Assembly (NCBI GenBank): GCA_951406725.2
Contig: OX597817.1
Location: 107,818,001-107,882,000 of the forward strand
Reading direction: 5' to 3'
Source of the DNA: Octopus vulgaris
Lineage: Eukaryota
DNA: 64,000 nt
The translations under genes were made by a program, and so were the position numbers. Each line of letters begins with the position of its first letter. The first letter of the stretch is position 1. Positions 38,013 through 48,064 of this stretch are shown one piece after another. Under the pieces are notes generated by a model that worked only from the letters and a program-made list of their open reading frames with translations, was not told where the DNA came from and ran no database searches.

Positions 38013-41000
38013 TGTAGCATGTCTGTATTAGCTTCAGTTAAAACATGCCTTTTTGGACTTCAAGGTAGGCTCAGGCGACACTGTCAGTTTACAGCTCTAC
38101 TCAGTCTGTGATTGACTGAATTAACTGGTTCCCACGGACAGGCGTTCTCTGTTACGTCCGATTTCTCTTACATAATGTTTCAATCGAGTTCCTTGACTTC
38201 CTCTGTCTTATTGATTACTGTTGAACTGCTGTCTTTGTGTGGTATTGTCCGACGTCTTCCCTCTTGTTTGATGGGGGAACGTCGCAGGTGCGTAACTTCG
38301 TAATGGAATATGAAGGTTTGAGTTCTTCTTCAGACTTTACGTCGTCTGAGAAAGAACTGGTTAAATAGACGAAGCAATGGAGGTGAAAGAGAAAAGCGAA
38401 GACGTTTGTCTGGAGGAGTTGAGTAGATTCAAAGAAATGCTTAAAAAGGAGGGGAACGACGTAAAAGTGTCCCCCCACCCCCACAAAGAAATTTTAAGGG
38501 AAAAAAAGAAAAAAACCCATTCTTTACAGGACGCATTCAGCAACAACCAGGAAAATTGAAATCATGTCGACCGCTCAAGTCGAAAAGGCATTAAAACCAA
38601 TTTCTGGGGGTATATCTTCTACCCGAAGAAATTTTGGAACGGTGGAGGTGCAGTTCCGGGAGGTAGCTACTGCCAGGCTGCACTCAGCAACACTCTTAAA
38701 AATGGACGAAGTGGTGCTTCTACCCATATACCTTGGGAGGAGTGTTACCAGGGTTCGGGTAGAAGATATACCCCCAGAAATTGATGTAGCCTCGTTAGCA
38801 GCTGCCATACTGCTGGGCACGGAAGAGAAGGTAGTGGTCCTCCAGGCCACCAGAATACCCCACAAGAACTGGCAAGGACAGAGCCTAGATATGATAATCC
38901 AGGCGGTCCCGGAAGACCTTGAAAACATGGTGAGACCATCACGGTCGAAGAGGTGACACTCAGGGTCAGAGTAGAAGGTAGGATCCCGCGATGCTATAAA
39001 TGTGGCCTTCAGGCCACATTAGAGCGGATTGTCCTCCGCCACCCGTGAAGACTAAAGAGAAACCCGAGAGCAGGAAGGAAATCGCGACTTCACCACCGAC
39101 GAAAACCAGTACCAGCGCCGAGGAAAAGAACGGATAGGAAACGGCTGGGGGAAAAGAAGAAAGAGAAGGAAAGAAACACACTTTGTAAATGATGACTCCC
39201 ATCACACACACACCCGACTCCCACCCACACCCACTCTACCCCAACCTCTCCCTACAGATACCAACCCTCTCCATGTTCCGCCTGACATAAACACAAGCAC
39301 ACAGGAGTCCCAAACTTCCCCAACCTTGCCCTGTGAGAAAAAATATGTTATACTGTACAACGGACAAAATGAAAAACTTTTAAAGACATTTAACATAGAC
39401 ATTCTTCGGAAAGATGAAAGTTAGCTGTTACAAATAGTGTTTTGAACTGTTACAAGTAGTGTTACAAGTAGTGTTTTAAACTGTTACAAGTAGTGTTTTA
39501 AACTGTAACAAGTAGTGTTTTAAAAAGAAGTTGTATTAACAGGTTCAATGAAGTTGCTCGGAGGTGGGGCTTCATTTCATTTACCATTTTATCTAATTCA
39601 TCCTTTCCATCCGTTTTTTGTTTCTGTCCCCACCATGTGCTGTCATCTCTGTGTTAGGCCCTGTATGGCTAATAAAGAAATAGTTCCTTGACTTTCTCGC
39701 TTCACTTCCAAAGTACTCCCAGCATGCTGTTTTGCTCTATCGCGGTTTACGCTGGCCTCTCTCACACAAGAACATTATTCTTCCACAGACGCTGGCAGAA
39801 TAGACCAAACTCAATGTCGTTATCTTCATGCTATCTAGAAACACTTCTATCAAAACTCTTTTTCATATACAATGTACAACTAATGTCTTCACGCATTCAT
39901 TCATTTACTGTTCACACACCAGAGACATCTCTATAAAACACTACACATCTCTACAAGAACAACTTACTTCTTTACAGGAAATCTTATGCAAGACATTATC
40001 ATTGTACGTAATCCCCTCCTATGAATAAACTTTGTTATCGAACAAGGTTGAGTTTTGTCCGTCTGTCTTTTTATACCAATTACTATTGAACAAACATATA
40101 GACACAGTATCAACAAACTACTACTGCCGACGCCGTCACATCAACCAGACTGTGAACACTCCATTGGGCTATAGCTACACATTAGCTACGAAGATAGTAA
40201 ACTCCCCGTACTAATGACCCTTTCACTAGACATGGTGACGCATTCACTCAAGTGGTGATCCCTGACTAAAAGAAACTTCAGCTCTTCTGATGGAAGCCAT
40301 AGACTCGACTCCGGTTACGCATTTTTTAACTTCAGACATCTTCGCGCCATTTTTGTTGCAGTGAGAACTTTTCTGCCTAAAGATGGCGTACAAACTTTCT
40401 CATAGCCGATACGGTTATGCCCTTTTCCTTCTCACTTTGTTTTAATACTGTATAGACTTTTATTCACTGACTTTGGCACTTTTGGTTGCATTCCATTTTT
40501 TCCCATTTTGCATTATGTATTGTTTGCATATTTTTCACCGTTTTGCGTTCCATTTATTTCCCTTTGTTGCATCGTTTGCTGTGTTATATTTGTACATGCC
40601 TATATTGTTATCTCTCATGCATTCACGCGCATTCACACGACACGTTACAAAACATACAACAATTTGTGAGTTTATTCTAGCAGAATGTTTTTCTCAAGCC
40701 TTTTCTTATCCGGCAAAAAGCTCTTCGCATGTTTATGTCATGCGTTTTCTTCACTGGTTTGTAGGACACGCAAACCACCTCTTATAAACGCATTTTTCTT
40801 TCATCACGTAACGTCCCATGCATTTTCTTCCTTTGGTGCCAGATCAACACCAAATTTCTTGCATGTTGGAACTTCTTTCTTTTGCTGTCATCTTCATGGC
40901 TTGACCCGCTTCGCTAGTATCTTGTATTGCCTCTTCTGTGAGATTTTTTCTCTGCTTCTATTAGTCACTGTCGCTTTTCTAGCACCCACAGCCTTTGCCA

Positions 41001-41775
41001 CTGCAAAAAACTCACTGTTTTGCAGACAAATTCTTGGCACTACTCATTCTCACAGCAGCCAATATTCTTCTCTCATGTACCTTGATTTTTTGCATTCCCG
41101 TGATTTCCACTTAGCTGGACGAAGGTTCTTCACGTCTACACATCAAATTTTGCTAGCTACGCGACTTTGTTCATCTCTCTTTGAGCTTTAGACTTTTGTA
41201 AGAGCTATTCGGGGGTCATGCAGCGTAATGAAAGTTCTTTCGTGCTCTTTTGCGCTCTCACGCTTATTTCTTTATCTTTCCTTCCATGCTACATTTATTT
41301 AATTTCTACCGCTCATTTCACCTACTGGTTTATTCTATGGGGGTGGCTCTGTAGCATGTCTATATCAGCTTTAGTTAAAACATGCATTTTGGACTTCAAG
41401 GTAGGCTCAAGCGACACTGTCAGTTTACAGCTTTACTCAGTCTGTGATTGGCTGAATTAACTAGATCCCTTGGACAGGCGTTCTCTGCTACGTCTGATTA
41501 TCTCTTACATTATGTACCTGCCGCCATGACTCAATTGAGTTCCTTGATTTCCTCGCTTCACTTCTAAAGGACTCTCGGCATACTCTATCGCGGTTTACGT
41601 TGGCCTCTCTCACCTAATAACATTCTTCTTCCAAGGACGTTGGCAGAATAGACCAAACTCAATGTCGTTATCTTCATGCTATCTAGAAACACTTCTATCA
41701 CGTCTCTTCTACATATACAAAGCACGACTAATGTGTTCACGCATTCATTCATTTACTGTTAACACACCAGAAACA
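38013..41775 (+). mobile_element. non-autonomous LTR retroelement A (5' LTR 38013-~40178 split by a LINE; partial 3' LTR 41350-41775)
   Basis: 38013-38203 plus 39699-39927 align with 41350-41775; TGTAGC...GCTACA termini; AATAAA near 40025; PBS-like motifs after 40178; G-rich PPT-like tract before 41350; no gag/pol seen. Confidence 0.75.
38204..39681 (+). mobile_element. internally deleted Tx1/L1-like LINE (ORF1 remnant + 3' UTR)
   Basis: 17-bp TSD agttccttgactt(c/t)ctc; ORF1 pieces 38377-38956 and a frameshifted CCHC knuckle RCYKCGLQ/HIRADCP near 38990; tail ggctaataaagaaat; no ORF2. Confidence 0.75.
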
Positions 41776-41777
41776 TA

Positions 41778-43640
41778 TGTAGTGGTTTCATACACGCATC
41801 TGCACATATTGTTCATACACACATACATGTTGACACTGCCACATTCATGCATCACTTGTTTCTCGCTTGTTTTTCTTTCTCTCTGTGCCCTTGTAGACAA
41901 AACTCGCCTCTGTAAGACCCTCCGTCGGTCACGTATACATAGAGAAAGTTGTTTGTCCCTTACAACGCGCAGCATGCCACACTTTTGCTCCTGCACATTC
42001 AAGGCATTTAATATCGCATGCATCGGTTGGCATATTCAGCACTGCTTTAATCCCTGGCATATTCAACACTATTTTGTAATCGCTGCACTAGCATACCACC
42101 TCAGCCTAAAGCCCTTTTGCACACACGCACACGCAATTCTATTATGCCTCTACTGCCTTGTTTTACAACACGGCTGTGACAGCTCAGCTCAGCTCTTTTC
42201 CTGACTTGATGCACGTCGGATGTTCACATGCTCTGCGCTCATGTTAGACATAATTTCCCCCTGTTAGACCCTTGTTTGGTTACGTAACGAATGGAGAAAA
42301 TTACCTGTCTCGCGCATCACTCTAGCATGCTACACTGTCGTTCTTGCTAACCTCAGCAATTAAACACGACAACAGCGCCAGATACATTTCACTTCTGAAA
42401 AACCTTCAAGGCATTTCACACACTGCAGGAAGATTTTCGATATCATGGATTGAGAATACACCCACTCGCTCACCTGAGCTTATTTTACAGTGAATTTTGA
42501 TACGTGCACCTGCACTCATGTATACGTCCTCACGCGCTAACTCGTTTTCTGTGCTACCCAGTCACAGACTGCACAATCTGGCATAAAGCAACACTGTTAT
42601 TCAGACTCACTTGAATAAATACCTGTCCCATATATACTTCAATGATCCTCCCTCCTGATATGCAAAATCTTTTCTTAGCTATGCATTTCTTTCTTTTCCT
42701 CGATCGTTCCTTTCTTTTTTTCTCGGAACCTGCCTCGCGAGTGAATGATGTAGTGGCTTCATGCAGGCATAGCGTGGATTCGATCCTCGATAGCCAAATT
42801 TCACTTGACAGTTCAACAGCACTTTTCTCCCGGTAAAGCAATAGTTTTTTCTGTGAGTGACAACAGTTACATTTACCAGATGCCTTCGCTAAGCAGAATA
42901 ATGTCTTCGCCACTTGACCCTTCTAACCTCTTCTAGGACACCAAAAGCTAGGATAAAGATAACAGACCTCCAACGAAATCTATTGTTCTTAACAATATGT
43001 CTATCCTTCTTGCTGGTTTTGGATAGTTATAAAAGCAAGAACTCCGTCAGCTAAAGTCAGTTAGTGAGAGTGAACGGACAACTAGAGTCATGGGCACAAG
43101 CAGACAGCCACTAGAGACCAAACGACCAGAGGGAAAAAGATAGTTACAATCAGCGACTATGCGAGACAACATCCATTGACTCTCTCACTTTCACTAACTC
43201 ACTTTTTTCTTGCTGTAACATTACCATATATCTCTATATATACTACTATGAGATCATGTACACACCCCAGCCGAAATTAGCTGTTTTTACCTCGCATGCT
43301 CTTCCATTTACTAATTATGCATACCAACCCGTCGTGGTTTTGAATATATACAAAGTAATGATAAATAAAAATCTCTTTACAACTTCAATCACTGTTCTTC
43401 TTCCATCTTGCATACTGACAACCAACACCTTAACAACAACCATTACAATTGGTGATCCCGACGTTGTTCCATAACCGGCATCGATTACAATTGGTGATCC
43501 CGACGTTGCATCATAACATGCATCGATTACAATTGGTGACCCTTGAATGCAACGAATACCAACCATTACATTAAAGAATTGCAGCCTTCGCCTTCGCATG
43601 AACAGTTGTCACATCAATCTATTACACTGGTGACCCGTCT
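41778..43640 (+). mobile_element. second LTR-like element B interrupting the 3' LTR of element A
   Basis: TGTAGTGGT start; ACCATTACA end at 43447 preceded by AATAAA and followed by a tRNA-Trp-type PBS TGGTGATCCCGACGT. Confidence 0.55.
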
Positions 43641-44143
43641 AAAAACAATTGCTACTTTCTAATGCTACATGCCGCTACATTTTGTTGACTTCAAACTAAA
43701 GAACTAGTCTTCAAATCAACAGTCGCTAAACCAGAGGAAAAGAATGGTGCACCCTCGTTCCACTTGTTATAGTACGCGCAACAGACAGCATTATACTACA
43801 ATGCAATCTTCGATGTACTTCACATCAATGCACCACTGCCGACGCACGAAGAATTCGCTCACCATGGAAGCCAATAAATGGATCATTTCGATAGCTACAG
43901 GTCTCCTCCAGCTGGAGATAATTATACCATCTCTTTTGGCGGTAGTCTTGATAGCCATTTGTTAGTTACGGCACATGCTCTAGAGGCAGAGATAATTCAG
44001 GTATATCAAGAATTTATGTCGCATAGTATTTAATATATATATATATATATATATAAATATATGTGTGTGTGTATATATATATATAAATATGTGTGTGTGT
44101 ATATATATATGTATATAAATGTATATGTATATATATATGTATG

Positions 44144-44183
<40 letters not shown>

Positions 44184-44190
<7 letters not shown>

Positions 44191-44406
44191 ATATGTGACA
44201 ATTATTCGGTAGCCAAGATAAAACTCTGAGTTTCGGATGCCGAGGTGGAAATCCACAACACCATCTCTTCATCTCGGCATCCGAAACTCAGAGTTTTATC
44301 TTGGCTACCGAATAATTGTCACATATTATTTTACAGATAAATTTCCTCTATTTACATAATATCGAGGTCTCATTCTTTCTTTTGTCATCTTACCGTTTTT
44401 ACCAAT
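44184..44406. mobile_element. PLE pseudo-LTR remnant with 61-bp inverted arms
   Basis: 44184-44244 and 44273-44333 are inverted; sequence matches the 3' end of the 47534-50728 PLE; set within (TA)n. Confidence 0.8.
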
Positions 44407-44642
44407 ACATATATATATTTATATGTATGTATATATATATGTATATATATATGGGTATATATGTATATATATGTATATATATATATATACACATATATAT
44501 TTGACTGTGTGACTGTGGCCATGCTGGAGCACTGCCTTTAATTGAACTAAAATCGACCCCATGACTTATTCTTTGTAAGCCTAGTACTTATCGGTTGTCA
44601 GGCGATGGTGGGAGGACAAACACACACAAATATATACATATA

Positions 44643-45878
44643 TCAGGTTGTCCAGAAAGTTCTGAGCATTTTTAAGCTCAATTTTTTAACGCTTAATTGA
44701 ACACACCTGAAACGTATCACAAAACTTTGGCGTTGCCTGAGGTGGTAGAGCATCTTTTCTTTGTTCCTGACTAAAAATATTCTTATCTTTCATTCCGCTT
44801 ACCCTTTATTGACATTTGAAATGAAGAACCAAAAATTTCATATTCGCGTTGTAATGCTTTTCTTTTTTAAAAAGGAGAAAATGCTGCAAGGACTTGCAAA
44901 AGCATTTGTGAAGTTTATGGTAATGATGCTGTAGGTGAATCAACTGTTCGAAGGTGATTTGCAAAATTTAAAGCTGGTGAATTTCGCTTAGAAGATGAAA
45001 GTCACACTGGAAGACCTTGAAAATTGGATGAAAATGTTTTGAAGGCAAAAATCGAAGAAAACTAAAATATCATGACTAAAGAACTTGCAGAAGAGATAGA
45101 AGTTTCTAGAAGTACGGCTCATTAACACCTATAATGTATGGGTCCCTTACAAACCCTCAGAAAATAATTGCTTTGACTGATATTCCGTTTGTGATATGCT
45201 TTAGAAACGGAATAAAAGCATACCTATTTTGAAACAACTTGTTGAATTTGTACGAAAACGCAGAGCGAAAAAGATCCTGGGGTTTGCGTAAGGGCCTCCA
45301 AAATAGCAACCAAAGACGAATATCCATGCCAAAAATGCCATGCTTTGTGTTTGGTCGGATTATAAAGGCATTATTTATTATGGGCATCTCCCACAAAACC
45401 AGACCATTAATTCTTATATGTACTGCCGTCATCTGGCTAATTTGAGCCAAAAAATCCAAGAATTGAGGCCGGCGATTGCCAACAGGAAAGAGGTAGTGTT
45501 CCAACAAGACAATGCCCGACCATATCTATCTTTGGCTACCCGAACAAAGTTACATGAACTTCGCTGGGATCTCTTACCCCATCCATCATATTCTCTTGAT
45601 ATTGCACCATCCGACTACCACTTGTTTTTGTCTCTACAGAACTCATTGAAAGGAAAACATTGAACGATTTAGATGGAGTCAAAATGCATCTAGATAACTT
45701 TTTTCCTTCAAAACCAGTCAAATTTTATGTTGATGGAATATTTAAATTGCCTGAAAGATGGACAAAGGTCATTAACAATATGGAAATTATTTCATCGAAT
45801 AAAATATATTGAAAGGTCAATTATTTATATCCCTTTTTTTCATATTAAAAAACGCTCAGAACTTTCCGGACAACCTAA
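44643..45878 (+). mobile_element. full-length degenerate mariner inserted into a SINE A microsatellite
   Basis: TIRs tcaggttgtccagaaagttctgagc / gctcagaactttccggacaacctaa, TA TSD; ATG at 44821, WSDYKGIIYY, FQQDNARPY, HPSYSLDIAPSDYHLF; SINE halves at 44500-44640 and 46000-46150. Confidence 0.93.
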
Positions 45879-45977
<99 letters not shown>

Positions 45978-46278
45978 ACACGCACACACACATATATATT
46001 TATCAGTTTCCGTCTACCAAATCCACTCACATGGCTTTGGTCGGCCTAAGGTTATAGTAGAAGACACTTGCCCAAGGTGCTACGCAGTGGGACAGCTTGG
46101 GATCATGTGGTTGGGGAGCAAGCTTCTTACCACACAGCCACGCCTGTGCCTATGTGTGTGTGTATGTGTGTGTGAGTGTATGTGTGCGTGTATATATATA
46201 TATATATATAGATAGATAGATAGATAGATAAAACTTACTTGGAAGAGGGGGCGTGGCGTTCAATTATATAATAATATG

Positions 46279-46325
<47 letters not shown>

Positions 46326-46636
46326 CATACGTATATGTACATACTTACATCTATACGTATATATATATATATCTGCATATGTGGGCACAGGACGTCATGA
46401 AACGTGTAGAACAAAAAAATGCGAAGTACTCCGCAAAATCCCAAATATTTTATCGAAAGCATATATCGTTGTTAAATGCTCGAAATACGAGAGTAGAAAA
46501 ACAGCCAACAACTGGTGAAGGGTCGTTTTTTATGCTGTTTGTTTTGTTTTCCATTTGTCTTTCGTTATTCGAAAAGATATTTCATATTCCATGTACTCGT
46601 GCTTCATATTTTTTGTTGTACATGTTTCATGACATC

Positions 46637-47355
46637 CAAGTGCACATTACCAAGATTGCGATAAAGTGCAGACGACTGGCAGGATGGATCCTAAGAACAT
46701 TCAGAACCAGAGATAAGGAAACCATGATGGTCCTCTGGTGGACATTCGACCTCAGCGGCCTGGATTACTGCTCACAGCTATGGTCACCATCCACGGTGAA
46801 ATTAACAGCGGTCCTTGAAGCAATCCAGAGAAGATTCACCAAGAAGATCGTCTCTTTGGAACAGCTCAGCTACTGGGAAAGTTTGAAACTGCTAAGACTC
46901 TACTCCCTGAAGAGAAGACGGGAGAGGTATGCAGTAATATATATCTGGAAGATCCTGGAAGGAATTGTGCCAAATTTTGGCATTGAAAGCTACATCAATG
47001 CTAGAACGGGACGACACTGCATAGTGCCAAAGATCCCAGCAACGCCATCATGCTTCAGGACCAGTTACTGCAACGGCCTGGGTTTCAAGGACCCACAGCT
47101 TTTTGATATTCTCCCAAAGAGTCTGAGGAACTTGCATAAAGTAGATGTAGGGATTTTAAAATCAAAGCTGGACCTCTTCCTCCCGAGAGCCCCAGACGAA
47201 CCTACCTCACGGCAAGAGGTGCAAATGAGGGTAGCTATATCAAACTCCATTCTTCACCAAGTATCACATATTAGAGGAGGCTCTTAATAATAACAGTGTA
47301 GCAAAACTGCGGTGCATCAGCATGGCCGCAGCTCTGAGCTGAAACTAGAGAGAAA
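46637..47355 (+). mobile_element. 5'-truncated CR1-group LINE (RT C-terminus + 3' tail)
   Basis: GWILRTFRTRD, LDYCSQLWSP, LEAIQRRFTKKI, LYSLKRRRERYAVIYIWKIL, KSKLDLFL..PDEP. Confidence 0.88.
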
Positions 47356-47361
47356 TATAAT

Positions 47362-47451
<90 letters not shown>

Positions 47452-47993
47452 GTTACATACTCGATATATAAAATAGTTTCAGATGCCGAAGTGGGAATCC
47501 ACGACATCTCTTCGGTTATCTGGCTATTTGAAAAAAGAAAAGCGACACAATTATCTAATCATATTTGGTCTTTAAGAGATAAAGGTGTCGATTATAACAT
47601 ACATTGGAAGATTTTGGCCAGATGTAAGCCCTATACCAACGGCAGCGGAAGGTGCGGTCTATGCGACATGGAGAGATGGCTTATCTGGAAAAGCAGCTTA
47701 GACCCTACTACATGTCTAAACACAAGGATTTTTATTTCTGTTACGTTTTTGGTCCCCTAAAGAAAACAGATAGAACATGCTTTCTATGTTATGTCCCTAG
47801 AAGGTTTTTTTACCTCATCACACCGTCTATCATACATTTTATATATTTATATATATTTTTTATATATTTTTTATGTATTTTTATATAATTTTTATGGCGA
47901 AAAATGCGAGCGATGTATAAGTACGCAGGCAAGCAGAGTTATAACACAGTAATTTCCCTTTGTATAACGGTATTTTTTCATAGCGTTTTCAAA

Positions 47994-48064
47994 TAGCCAG
48001 ATAACCGAAGAGATGTCGTGGATTCCCACTTCGGCATCTGAAACTCAGAGTTTTATCTTGACTA
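47994..48064 (+). ncRNA. hammerhead-ribozyme-like motif (type I, variant core) in PLE pLTR
   Basis: stem I agataa/ttatct, core CCGAAGA, stem II gatgtcg..cggcatc, GAAAC, short stem III act-cag-agt. Confidence 0.55.

Noticed and set aside
40473-42204. Hydrophobic 100-180 aa ORFs as membrane or env proteins
   Set aside because: Arise from T-rich LTR and internal sequence, overlap in several frames and show no recognisable motifs
43442-43640. CRISPR-like repeat/spacer array
   Set aside because: Eukaryotic context, no cas genes, the first spacers are related to each other, and the repeat is explained as LTR end + tRNA PBS
45340-45663. SETMAR or domesticated transposase
   Set aside because: No SET domain; TIR-bounded mariner with stops and frameshifts
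46313-47287. 324-aa ORF as a host gene
   Set aside because: Chimera of TA microsatellite, fold-back repeat and 5'-truncated LINE RT C-terminus
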